From the IMG/VR virus record IMGVR_UViG_3300020048_003360, positions 96,001 to 160,000 of that record: 64,000 nucleotides of DNA. The stretch is one strand, 5' to 3'. The stretch is from a virus (lineage: Duplodnaviria; Caudoviricetes). Every line of letters begins with the position of its first letter. Within the stretch, counting starts at the first letter, position 1. The notes beneath the pieces are model-generated. The model had not been told where the DNA came from, did no database searches, and was given only the letters and a program-made list of their open reading frames with translations. This document shows positions 19,755 through 29,043 of the stretch, in pieces. The translations under genes were made by a program, and so were the position numbers.

Positions 19755-22058
19755 ATGTCAGCTACTATTGTTAATGCAGCACCAATGTCAATCATGCTTG
19801 GTACACAAGACTTAAGTACACGGACTCTACCGTCCGTACCTGAAGTTTTACCAACGCACTTACCAAAGATTTATCTTTATGCCGAAAAAGGTCCTATTAC
19901 CCCGCAACTATTGAGTGGTAGTGAATTGGTTGCTATGTATGGAGCCAATACATTTGATCTACGTAAACAGTATGCCACCCATGCAACTGTCTTAGCTAAC
20001 CTGATTAATGCTCAGGGTAATGCTATTATGACCCAGCGCGTACAGCCTGCCGATGCATCAGCACCAGCATCTATTACGCTCTATCTTGATGTTCTACCCA
20101 CTAAGATTCCAGTTTATGAACGGAATCAGGATGGTACACATAAAGTAGATGTGGATAATAATCCAATTCCAGTTACCCCTGCAGAAACTGTAGATGGTTA
20201 TAGCGTTATGTGGGTTGTTAAGAGCGTTGCTGTGGATGCTCAAGGTAATAGTCAGTTTGGTATGGCAAATACCAAACCAGGTATTCAAGTTAATCCAATT
20301 ACTAGTGGACAGTCTACCCAATACCCAATTATGGATTTGGTAGTTTCTAATTTTGGTGAGTTTGGTAATAATATTGGTTTGCGTATGTGGGCACCTACTG
20401 CCAAATCATCCTCACCGATTAATCCAGCACTAATCAGCAGCGCACAGTGTTACCCCTTCCGTTTAGCATGTGTAAGTCGTCCTGATCCAGCTACTACACC
20501 CAGCATTGTTTCTAACCTAAATAATGAACAATTCGTTAACGTTGTTTTTAAAGCTAACGTTATCGATATGTCTACAGATACATTGGTTAGTATCAACGAC
20601 GTTTTCATTCCTTCGTATGAAGCACTAAATGTTCCTGGATACGCTCCTAAGTATGGTCCTTTTGGAAAACTACATACTTATGACTTTTATATCGACATGT
20701 TATTGAAGCAGTTCTATACTGCTGAATTACCATATGCTAATGGTTTTTCTGATATCGTCGGTATTGCTGGTGAAGAATACGTTTTCAATATGATTTCTGG
20801 TGTAGCCTCTAGCGGCGCACCATATACGACTTTTACTGTTGCTAGTAGCGGCGTCGATACCGTTTACTTAACTGAAAACACCACTATTTATGCAAATGGT
20901 GGTTCAGACGGCACAATGGGTGAAGATGCAGTACTTAGTGTTGCTATTGTCACTGGTTCTATTGCTAATGATGAGCTCACGATCACTGGTGGCGATACCA
21001 CTAAATTAGCTCCAGGTCAGTTCCTTAGTGGTGCTGGTGTTGAAGAAGGTACTCGACTAGTGTCTGGTTCTGGTAATGATTGGATTGTTAGTGAGAGTCA
21101 ATTAACGTCATCTACAGCCATTTCTATTACTGTACCTGGTTTTGCGTCATTGGTAGCTACTGAAATTGCAGAATATGGCAATATTAATAGCCCACTACAA
21201 GATAGTGCTACTTATCCAGAATCAATCTTTTATGACTCTGGCTTCCCACTCTCTACCAAGTATGCATTAGCTAACTTTATCGCTATTCGTAAAGACACTG
21301 CTGTTGTGATCTCTTGTCACGATGTCAATCTACGCACACTTACAGCTACTGAAGAATCCTCACTAGCTATCGCACTACGTACTCGTCTACAGATGTTCCC
21401 AGAATCTGAATTCTTCGGTACTGCCACAATGCGTGCGATGATTGTTGGTCGTTCTGGTAAACTACTTAATAGTCAGTATGGTAAACATCTTCCATTGACC
21501 ATTGAAATTGCTACTAAAGCAGCTAAATACATGGGTGCTGGTAATGGTGTTTGGAAAGCTGGTTTTGCTTTTGATAGCGCACCTAATAATCAAGTCTTAA
21601 TGTTTAGTGATGTAAATGTTACTTTCACACCAGCATCAGTCCGTAATAAGGATTGGGCAAATGGTTTAGTTTGGGTTGATGCGTTTGATCGCCGTAGCCT
21701 ATACTTCCCAGCATTGAAAACTGTTTATGATAACGATACTTCAGTTCTTAATAGCTTCTTCACTATGATGGCTATCGTTGAGCTTGAAAAAGTTGGTGAA
21801 CGTGCACGTAGAGAATTTTCTGGTATTGCTAGCCTAACTAATGCACAGTTGATTTCTCAAGTTAATAATTTTGTAAATCAACGTACTCAAGGTCGTTTTG
21901 ATGGTCGCTTTATTATCAGACCAAACACCTTCTTTACTGCTGCTGATATTAGTCGTGGTTATTCTTGGACGTTACAGTTGCAAATCTTTGCACCTAACCT
22001 CAAGACAGTTGCTACTATCTCTGTTCAAGCATATCGCATTAGTGACTTGGAAGGCTAA
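19755..22058 (+). CDS. Tail sheath protein (phiKZ gp29-like)
   Basis: N-terminal IVNAAPMSIMLGTQDLS and C-terminal DSAPNNQ...WANGLVW...RGYSWTLQ motifs; followed by the tube gene. Likely start MSATIV. Confidence 0.9.
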   Translation: MSATIVNAAPMSIMLGTQDLSTRTLPSVPEVLPTHLPKIYLYAEKGPITPQLLSGSELVAMYGANTFDLRKQYATHATVLANLINAQGNAIMTQRVQPADASAPASITLYLDVLPTKIPVYERNQDGTHKVDVDNNPIPVTPAETVDGYSVMWVVKSVAVDAQGNSQFGMANTKPGIQVNPITSGQSTQYPIMDLVVSNFGEFGNNIGLRMWAPTAKSSSPINPALISSAQCYPFRLACVSRPDPATTPSIVSNLNNEQFVNVVFKANVIDMSTDTLVSINDVFIPSYEALNVPGYAPKYGPFGKLHTYDFYIDMLLKQFYTAELPYANGFSDIVGIAGEEYVFNMISGVASSGAPYTTFTVASSGVDTVYLTENTTIYANGGSDGTMGEDAVLSVAIVTGSIANDELTITGGDTTKLAPGQFLSGAGVEEGTRLVSGSGNDWIVSESQLTSSTAISITVPGFASLVATEIAEYGNINSPLQDSATYPESIFYDSGFPLSTKYALANFIAIRKDTAVVISCHDVNLRTLTATEESSLAIALRTRLQMFPESEFFGTATMRAMIVGRSGKLLNSQYGKHLPLTIEIATKAAKYMGAGNGVWKAGFAFDSAPNNQVLMFSDVNVTFTPASVRNKDWANGLVWVDAFDRRSLYFPALKTVYDNDTSVLNSFFTMMAIVELEKVGERARREFSGIASLTNAQLISQVNNFVNQRTQGRFDGRFIIRPNTFFTAADISRGYSWTLQLQIFAPNLKTVATISVQAYRISDLEG

Positions 22059-22060
22059 TA

Positions 22061-22096
22061 TTGAGTCGTACATAATTAACCTTATGTACGACTCAA
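22061..22096. terminator. Stem-loop between sheath and tube genes
   Basis: TTGAGTCGTACATAA / TTATGTACGACTCAA, 15-bp perfect stem. Confidence 0.55.
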
Positions 22097-22144
22097 CACC
22101 TAGCAACTAACACTATTTAGAACCATCGTTTAAGGATCACTAAT

Positions 22145-23098
22145 ATGTCACGTTTAACCTCAGCACTAATTAATTTAACACCCGCTACAGCTGGAGACCT
22201 AACTGCGGGTCGCAATGCTCCAATGCTGGATCTAACTTATGGCGGAATGATGGGGTTTACCCCAGAACTAGCCGAATGGGTTAGTAATCAAACTTATGTA
22301 CGTAAGAATGTAATCTGTATTCTTATTGAAGCACCTACTGGTTTTCAAAGACTACCTAATGCAGCAGTTTGGGTACAAACACTACGTTCTCTAGTAGAGC
22401 TACATGCACTGTCTATTGATGGTCTAAATGCTGGTCTAGAAGTTGAGTTTGCTTCTAATCCAGTTGGTGGCGCTGGTCAGGTTCAGGAAGACTTTACTGA
22501 TGTAAAAGAAACTCTTTCTAACGTTACTTTCCGTTGGAATGAAAAATATGGTATGCCAGTAGCAAACTTCTTCAGAGGTTGGATTACAAACCTAATGATG
22601 GATCCAAATAGTAAAGTAGCTAATATGTTTACTATTGCTGCTGGAAGCGGTCCTACTGATCAACTATCGGATGTTACTTCAGCAACCATGTTATTCTTAG
22701 AACCAGATCCTACCTATACTAAGGTAGTTAAGTCATGGCTAATTACCAATATGATGCCTAAGAGTACCGGTGAAATCACTGGTAAACGTGATTTAACTCA
22801 GGCAGCTGAGGCAGTTACGTACGATATTCAATTTACCGGTATTACTCAGTTTGGTAATGGTGTAGATTTGTTTGCTCAGTCAATTCTTGAGACTATCTCT
22901 ATCACTGGCGCTAACCCACTAAATCGTCCGGCATTTGTTAAGGCATATACCACACAAAATGCCAATGCCACTACTAACACACCTCCAGCTGATGCCAGTG
23001 TTGGTGGTAATTACGGCGATGTCAATGTCAATGCTGCGACAAAGAACTACGCTAGTGACGTAGTGTCAGACATTGCTACTTCTGCAATTAGTGTTTAA
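22145..23098 (+). CDS. Tail tube protein (phiKZ gp30-like)
   Basis: 317 aa directly after the sheath; SIDGLNAGLEVEF, WNEKYG and LFLEPDPT motifs. Confidence 0.82.
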   Translation: MSRLTSALINLTPATAGDLTAGRNAPMLDLTYGGMMGFTPELAEWVSNQTYVRKNVICILIEAPTGFQRLPNAAVWVQTLRSLVELHALSIDGLNAGLEVEFASNPVGGAGQVQEDFTDVKETLSNVTFRWNEKYGMPVANFFRGWITNLMMDPNSKVANMFTIAAGSGPTDQLSDVTSATMLFLEPDPTYTKVVKSWLITNMMPKSTGEITGKRDLTQAAEAVTYDIQFTGITQFGNGVDLFAQSILETISITGANPLNRPAFVKAYTTQNANATTNTPPADASVGGNYGDVNVNAATKNYASDVVSDIATSAISV

Positions 23099-23111
23099 AT
23101 AAAAAAAAAAA

Positions 23112-23166
23112 TAGCATACTGACTAGTGTATCCTAAATTACTTAGGATACACTAGTCCTTATGTCG
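23112..23166. terminator. Bidirectional terminator-like hairpin
   Basis: GACTAGTGTATCCTAA / TTAGGATACACTAGTC with flanking A-tract. Confidence 0.75.
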
Positions 23167-23170
23167 TCTA

Positions 23171-23635
23171 TTACTGTTTATCAAGTATAACTAAAGTGTG
23201 ATCTTCGTCTTTTAGTTCTTCATCAATTATTTTCTCTATAATATCCCAGTCACCACCACCATATCCAGCACCAATTTTTGGATATGCTATCTTAAGTCCA
23301 GTAAATTCTCTTTTAACTATCTTCATAATCGATCTAACTGCAGCATAGTCTACATATTGCAAGTTATCTTTACCATAGTTATACTGCGTATAGGCATTTA
23401 CTATAACGACTGGTTTAGGCAGTCCAATAGAAACCTCCACATAGGTTAAACCACCTAACTTACCATGATCGCCTGGTTTTGTTTCCTTATCTGCTAGTTC
23501 TGCATCCATAAATGCTTTACGTACTTCTTTAGCTATACCCGCACCCATAGTGCAGAAACAATTACAACCATGCACTAATACATCTATTTCACCATTTAGT
23601 GCCAATTTTATAATATCGCCATTCACTACTTTCAT
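23171..23635 (-). CDS. Macrodomain protein (ADP-ribose hydrolase-like)
   Basis: GDI, VHGCNCFCTMGAGIAK, NAYTQ and YPKIGAGYGGGDW macrodomain loops. Confidence 0.88.
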   Translation of the reverse strand: MKVVNGDIIKLALNGEIDVLVHGCNCFCTMGAGIAKEVRKAFMDAELADKETKPGDHGKLGGLTYVEVSIGLPKPVVIVNAYTQYNYGKDNLQYVDYAAVRSIMKIVKREFTGLKIAYPKIGAGYGGGDWDIIEKIIDEELKDEDHTLVILDKQ

Positions 23636-23707
23636 TTTAATATTCCTCTACTAATTTATGATTTTAAATGCGGCATAAAAAATAAACCACTATTTTTATA
23701 TAGTGGC

Positions 23708-24070
23708 TTAAAGTTCACCTTTCTGCACCACACTATAACCTACACTATTAAGATATTTTTCCATTAGAATTTTAAATACGTGCCTATGACAGTATTTACC
23801 AGCACCACAATAACAAGCTAATGCTACTTGTGGTTTATTTTTTAACGTACTCCATATATCTGGATATAAAGAAAAAGATGACCTCATCCTTTCGATATAT
23901 TTTTGTTCGTAATATGCTTCTGTTATTAGATTAGCTTTATAATCCATAACTAATTTATAATCTGGAGCAAAGGCCTTAATACCACTTTTTGCTGTAATAT
24001 CTAAAAGTGGTATTTGTAATCTTTCTGCCTCTCTCCATCGAGATAATGAAGTAGTCCATATCTCTATCAT
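23708..24070 (-). CDS. DUF488-like protein
   Basis: DITAKSG...FAPD and C-terminal VALACYCGAGKYCHRHV. Confidence 0.7.
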   Translation of the reverse strand: MIEIWTTSLSRWREAERLQIPLLDITAKSGIKAFAPDYKLVMDYKANLITEAYYEQKYIERMRSSFSLYPDIWSTLKNKPQVALACYCGAGKYCHRHVFKILMEKYLNSVGYSVVQKGEL

Positions 24071-24084
24071 TATTAAAGACTCTA

Positions 24085-24396
24085 TTAACGAGCCAGACGG
24101 GTCATAAGGCGGTCTAATACCTCTTGCTTAACCCTACCTATAGGTTTGAGCTTAGCAGCGTCAATACTGGCCTCCCAACGCATCCCACCATCTTCAGATA
24201 CAACTACGAGTGGAGATAAAGAGATTACCACACCAAACGTGTATTCATAAGTACTATTTATGAATTTTATATATAGTGTATTTTTTGGAAATGCTACAGG
24301 TCTAGCAAATGGATCAAGTGGCGTAACGATAGAACCTACTTCTAATACTGGTTCTACATCATCATCACCCATTGCCATGATATCGATAATAGCCAT
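24085..24396 (-). CDS. Hypothetical protein
   Basis: 103-aa ORF, AGGAG RBS. Confidence 0.7.
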   Translation of the reverse strand: MAIIDIMAMGDDDVEPVLEVGSIVTPLDPFARPVAFPKNTLYIKFINSTYEYTFGVVISLSPLVVVSEDGGMRWEASIDAAKLKPIGRVKQEVLDRLMTRLAR

Positions 24397-24457
24397 ACAT
24401 ATACTCCTATTGGTTAGATGTGGACTTAGTCTATATTAGACTAAGTCCACATATAAA

Positions 24458-24958
24458 TTACTTCCCGAACGCGGCGGTAGCCTGTTCTGACAAAAGCTCT
24501 TTGATCTTTTTGAGATCGCCGCGCTTACCTACCCCGTAAATATCCATCTTGACACTTGTGGTGCCAAATGATGAACGAGTAGTGTTCGTACCATCTTCTT
24601 CACGAAACGGAACCTGACGACTACGTTCCATCTCCAGTTCCAACTTATCCTTACCAATCATTGGAACCACAAGAGAAACTTTCTCCAGTTCTTTTTGCTT
24701 GGTAAACACTGGAATAGCTGCCTCACCTAGCGCATACAGTGATGCAGCCGCAAACTCCATATTATAAGTCTGCAGGCGTTTGGCGACATCCTCATTCAGG
24801 TCGACTGGCATGAGCTTGACATATGTATCATCAGGCACTGCTGCAATACCAGTTGTCTTTTCCATGGTAAGGGATTGTGAAACCCGATCAGCCAGGTCCA
24901 TTACTTCTTGGCTGATAGGGGTGTGTTTTACTACTGGGGCATCTACTTTTATGGTCAT
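24458..24958 (-). CDS. Hypothetical protein (higher-GC gene)
   Basis: 166-aa ORF with GAGGAAAG RBS, flanked by hairpins. Confidence 0.75.
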   Translation of the reverse strand: MTIKVDAPVVKHTPISQEVMDLADRVSQSLTMEKTTGIAAVPDDTYVKLMPVDLNEDVAKRLQTYNMEFAAASLYALGEAAIPVFTKQKELEKVSLVVPMIGKDKLELEMERSRQVPFREEDGTNTTRSSFGTTSVKMDIYGVGKRGDLKKIKELLSEQATAAFGK

Positions 24959-24975
24959 GTTTCTTTCCTCATTAA

Positions 24976-25500
24976 TTAAAAAGACTTACTTTTACTAGAA
25001 CTAACTCTAAAGCCAGCTCCCTCCAACTTCGCCTTGATACTCAACATCGTTTTACCTCTTTCAACCTCATCAAGGAGTTTACCATATACTTTATCAACGG
25101 TTTCCTCTATTGTCTTGGTCGGTGTTGGTAACTTAACTTGAACGTCCATTACTACGGGCGTAACTACCGCTTTTACTACAGGTACTTCTACCTCTGGCAA
25201 ATACCTAGTCGACTCCAGGTACTTTACAGACATTAATTTACCACTAAGAATACTAACAGATGGATCAGCTTCTGTCATGATTCTAATGGTGTTTAATTTG
25301 TAAAATCCACTAAGTAGATGATATTTACCATCTAACTTAACAAATCTTACCTCAGAATGATCAACTCTAGCATTACCATTCTCACAACAATGTGTTAGTT
25401 TGGCAATATTAATGTCGATTATCGGAGCCTTTTTACTTCTCTGCTTAATCAAAGAGAAGTCGTACTCAACCCCCATTAGTACGAGTGTATCTCTTTTCAT
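24976..25500 (-). CDS. Hypothetical early protein, paralog of 25497..25865
   Basis: VRFVKLDGKYHLLSG...LSGKLMS. Confidence 0.7.
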   Translation of the reverse strand: MKRDTLVLMGVEYDFSLIKQRSKKAPIIDINIAKLTHCCENGNARVDHSEVRFVKLDGKYHLLSGFYKLNTIRIMTEADPSVSILSGKLMSVKYLESTRYLPEVEVPVVKAVVTPVVMDVQVKLPTPTKTIEETVDKVYGKLLDEVERGKTMLSIKAKLEGAGFRVSSSKSKSF

Positions 25501-25865
25501 GAAATCCTCGCTTTCTTAAGAGCAATGTGAGAGATAAGTCTACCCGATAAAGTACCGTTATACTTGGGCGATAGTATAATATCATTTGCCGTTTTAGTAC
25601 CTAGCAATATGACATACTTACCTTCTTGTTTAAGGAAGATAATACAACCATCATTACTAAATTCACCCATCGTACTAATCTTAACGCAATCATTATCTGT
25701 GTTTAATTGATCTTCGGTAACACTTATTACTGGACCGCTTTCTCCAATAATCTTTACCTTGTCTAAATTGTGATCATGTCCAGCCACAGTTAACACACTA
25801 CTCTTCATCAAGGACTCTCCTTTGGTGGGTTCATTAACAACATACGTTGTCATTACATTAAGCAC
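25497..25865 (-). CDS. Hypothetical early protein, paralog of 24976..25500
   Basis: IIFLKQEGKYVILLG...LSGRLIS. Confidence 0.7.
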   Translation of the reverse strand: MLNVMTTYVVNEPTKGESLMKSSVLTVAGHDHNLDKVKIIGESGPVISVTEDQLNTDNDCVKISTMGEFSNDGCIIFLKQEGKYVILLGTKTANDIILSPKYNGTLSGRLISHIALKKARIS

Positions 25866-25903
25866 TTAAGTATTTTTTAATTAGAAAATACTATATTAGT
25901 ACT

Positions 25904-25924
25904 CATATAGGTAATATATTGCCA
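25904..25924 (-). promoter_or_regulatory. Early-type promoter
   Basis: TGGCAATATATTACCTATATG, exact copy. Confidence 0.75.
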
Positions 25925-25969
25925 AAATTATTTTGAATCTATTTATTTTTTATAAATTAGTATCTACGA

Positions 25970-26737
25970 TTACCACTTTAGATATGCTGGAGTTTTAGAA
26001 AAATGCGGCTCTACCCAATTCATAGCTTTGAATAATTCATTTACTGTGAGTAATGAAGATTCTGTAGCAATACCCAGAGCAATGGAAATATTAGCACCTC
26101 TTTCAATTTCACCTCTAGAAAATGATAGACCATCTTCTTTAGCAAATGCTTCTAATGCTGGTGATTTAAATTTCTCCGCTACAGCAATACCAGGTTCCAT
26201 TACGTAGTCAAAAGTCACTACAGATTTTAGTATTCTTTTAGTAATACCATTTTCACGGAAGTCGTCAGTAAATGCACGAATAGAAAAACAGACATTTTCA
26301 TCTTTATTTTTTAATGATCTTTCTAAAGCAGCGCCATTTGGTCCAGATGGACATACTTTACTAATGATGGCAATTACTGGTTTACCATCAGCATCTTTTA
26401 CACGATCAAAATCTAATGTAATTTCTTTATGATGACAACAGGTATTTTCTTCGTGAATAGACATTACTCTATTGGCAAACTGATCATTAGACATACCAGG
26501 AAGCGGTTTGGGATGGCCATATTCCCCACGTAGTGCACCACGTGATACTCTACGCATTAATTGACTAGAAGACTCAAATAGCTCTTTAGCTTGCTCATAG
26601 ACATAATAATGTCCAGCTGAGTTAAATACGTTTAATGCACCCACTACGCATTCGTAATAACCATTACTATCTTGCTTAAGTACGCCAACTTTATTTACAC
26701 CAGCAAGTGCAGTGCAGGCAAATTTAACACTAGGCAT
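25970..26737 (-). CDS. Head maturation (prohead) protease, phiKZ gp175-like
   Basis: LRGEYGHP (catalytic His), CFSIR (catalytic Ser), VTFDYVMEPGI; C-terminal self-cleavage site ALEA. Confidence 0.9.
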   Translation of the reverse strand: MPSVKFACTALAGVNKVGVLKQDSNGYYECVVGALNVFNSAGHYYVYEQAKELFESSSQLMRRVSRGALRGEYGHPKPLPGMSNDQFANRVMSIHEENTCCHHKEITLDFDRVKDADGKPVIAIISKVCPSGPNGAALERSLKNKDENVCFSIRAFTDDFRENGITKRILKSVVTFDYVMEPGIAVAEKFKSPALEAFAKEDGLSFSRGEIERGANISIALGIATESSLLTVNELFKAMNWVEPHFSKTPAYLKW

Positions 26738-26747
26738 GATATTTCCT

Positions 26748-27203
26748 TTAAAAATCTAATGTAAGTTGTATTCCGCTAATATCCACTACAGCTGGTTTAT
26801 TTGAGATAAAGCCGATAGTGGATATACCATATATATTATTTTCAGTTGATCCATATTTGCAGTAGATAAGGCTACCACACATACTGTCTAAAAATCTAAA
26901 TACCTTATCATAGATATCTAGTTCTGTTTGATGTCCTTCTGCAGTTTTACCACTGGTGCAGTATGCTTCTACAGCTTCTGTAAATATACCAGTAGTCCAA
27001 GAATTAACTTTATGTGGGGCAATAATAGATTCTATATCCACTAATATAAATCTAATGTAATATTGTTTCTTATATTCAGTAGCACATCTATCACAGAGCC
27101 AGTCAAATTTTTCTCTATCTTCAGCTAAGTAACTATAGTGATGTGGTGTAACACTACCTATTCTAGATCCAGTTGTTTTACAGTTAGAGCAAACGTAGGA
27201 CAT
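26748..27203 (-). CDS. Hypothetical Zn-ribbon protein
   Basis: CSNC ... CDRC motifs in the N-terminal third. Confidence 0.65.
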   Translation of the reverse strand: MSYVCSNCKTTGSRIGSVTPHHYSYLAEDREKFDWLCDRCATEYKKQYYIRFILVDIESIIAPHKVNSWTTGIFTEAVEAYCTSGKTAEGHQTELDIYDKVFRFLDSMCGSLIYCKYGSTENNIYGISTIGFISNKPAVVDISGIQLTLDF

Positions 27204-27225
27204 AATCTTATTTTAACCTCTTTAA

Positions 27226-27576
27226 TTAAGCTTGATATACAGCGTATCCTTTAGCTCTTAATAGGTGAGCTAATTCAAATTCTTTCTTTATAGCATCATC
27301 ATAAGTCATTGGGTTATACTGTTTGTATAAGTCAACTAATAGCCTAGTCCCATACTTATAAACATATGCATTATGTTTAATACCTAATTTATGTTTTTTG
27401 AATCTTTCTTCTGGAGATAGTCCAGTACTACCAACATATACACAAATACTATTTGGTTTAGCATGTGGATTTAGTTTTCTAAATTTATCTTCGTGTAGTA
27501 CATCTCTAGAAAGCTCAATTACATATACGTTATGGTAAGGTGTAGACGCCTCTAATGCTAAATTAAGTATATACAT
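27226..27576 (-). CDS. Small GIY-YIG-family nuclease
   Basis: VYVIEL ... VYVGSTG-x2-PEERFKKH ... conserved E in KKEFEL. Confidence 0.75.
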   Translation of the reverse strand: MYILNLALEASTPYHNVYVIELSRDVLHEDKFRKLNPHAKPNSICVYVGSTGLSPEERFKKHKLGIKHNAYVYKYGTRLLVDLYKQYNPMTYDDAIKKEFELAHLLRAKGYAVYQA

Positions 27577-27582
27577 ATTCTA

Positions 27583-28296
27583 TCATCTTCTCAGTATATT
27601 TTCAATTTTTTCTACACGCTCGGTATCGGTTACTAATGCACTGGTTATACCAGTCGACATATAACTACCGGCTAGTTTATTTGTAGTATTGGTAGCTGAG
27701 TACGTCACACTACGCAAACTAACGTATGTAGGTGGTTGATTATCGTTTTCAATTGTTTGGCGATAGTATTTGTGTCTATCTTTAGAACTTCTAGCTATTA
27801 GTGATGCCAGTAGTTCGGTTATCTCATGTCTACTACCTATATTGGCGCCAGCATGATATCTAGCACTATCAAATAGCTTACCTAAATCACCATAACTAAT
27901 ATACCACGGCACTTTAGCTTTAGATATAATCTCATCATAAATACGATATACCAATTGATCGTTCTTTACTAGATTTACACTAGGTGTAATGGTACTACCT
28001 GGATCAAAAGTAAATTCATAGTAACTAGATCCATCTATCTCTATTTTCATAGTAGAAGTAGGTTCAATCCTCATCATCGCATTTACTAATGAGATAGCAA
28101 AAAAAGTATCATCTAGAACAATGGCATATATACCTACAATATAGGTTTCTACACCCACACTAGCTAAGTTACGCTCTTCAAATCTGGTAGGTATATATAT
28201 TTTTAATAATTTAGTAGTTACTAATCTGCCATCAGGAAGTTCTGTTAGGCAGTTATGTATCTTACTTGCGTCTCTAACTAATTTCTTTATATCCAT
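27583..28296 (-). CDS. Conserved phiKZ-like virion protein (gp176-like position)
   Basis: 237 aa, between the protease and RNAP beta as in phiKZ. Confidence 0.6.
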   Translation of the reverse strand: MDIKKLVRDASKIHNCLTELPDGRLVTTKLLKIYIPTRFEERNLASVGVETYIVGIYAIVLDDTFFAISLVNAMMRIEPTSTMKIEIDGSSYYEFTFDPGSTITPSVNLVKNDQLVYRIYDEIISKAKVPWYISYGDLGKLFDSARYHAGANIGSRHEITELLASLIARSSKDRHKYYRQTIENDNQPPTYVSLRSVTYSATNTTNKLAGSYMSTGITSALVTDTERVEKIENILRR

Positions 28297-28300
28297 GGTA

Positions 28301-28966
28301 TCACCAAGTAGAATATATGGGTTTGTCTAATGATTCTTGTGTTAGTTTAATTGATTTTCTAATATTATTGCCTATAGTTATTTTATTTACGTGATTAATT
28401 AAAATAATACCACTTTTAGGATATAACATTAGATGCGGTACATTAGCTGCATACTTCCTAATATTTTCTTGAAAATCATGTCTTTTACTAGCTGCAATAT
28501 AAGCAGCTCTAGTTGTGCCTACATATTTCTTTATTTGGTTTTCTAAATTATCAATACCATTACCAGTCTCACCATTCTTTCTCATTCTCTCTCCTTCTTT
28601 AAGGAGATATTCATGGAGAAAGTCATCTGTATCTATCCAGTCAGTATCATCTAGTATTTTTACTTTATTTGGCGATTCTACTAAACTAAAAAGCATATCT
28701 GGTTCTAAATTTCTAGTCTCCACCACATATTCAAATAGTTTGTTACCAGTTAACCAAAAATCATTTTGTCCATTATAGAGTCTTCCAATTATATCACTTG
28801 GCATTGGATCAAAAAAGAAACTAATGCTGTCGGTATATGGACCTACTGTATTATTTTCTCTAGACCACTTAGTGGCTATAGATATTTCTTCTTTAGTAGC
28901 TCTACCTCCTTTACTCCTAGTTGTCAATACTGGGTATTGTTCTTTTGAGTAATGATACAGATTCAT
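28301..28966 (-). CDS. Hypothetical protein, possible ADP-ribosyltransferase fold
   Basis: MNLYHYS ... GPYTDSISFFFDPMP ... FEYVVET; C-terminal TQES...PIYSTW. Confidence 0.5.
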   Translation of the reverse strand: MNLYHYSKEQYPVLTTRSKGGRATKEEISIATKWSRENNTVGPYTDSISFFFDPMPSDIIGRLYNGQNDFWLTGNKLFEYVVETRNLEPDMLFSLVESPNKVKILDDTDWIDTDDFLHEYLLKEGERMRKNGETGNGIDNLENQIKKYVGTTRAAYIAASKRHDFQENIRKYAANVPHLMLYPKSGIILINHVNKITIGNNIRKSIKLTQESLDKPIYSTW

Positions 28967-29043
28967 TATAGCCTCTTTTATTTAGATATCTATAAGATCC
29001 ATAGACTCAATATAAATTACATATTGAGTCTATGGATCTATAG

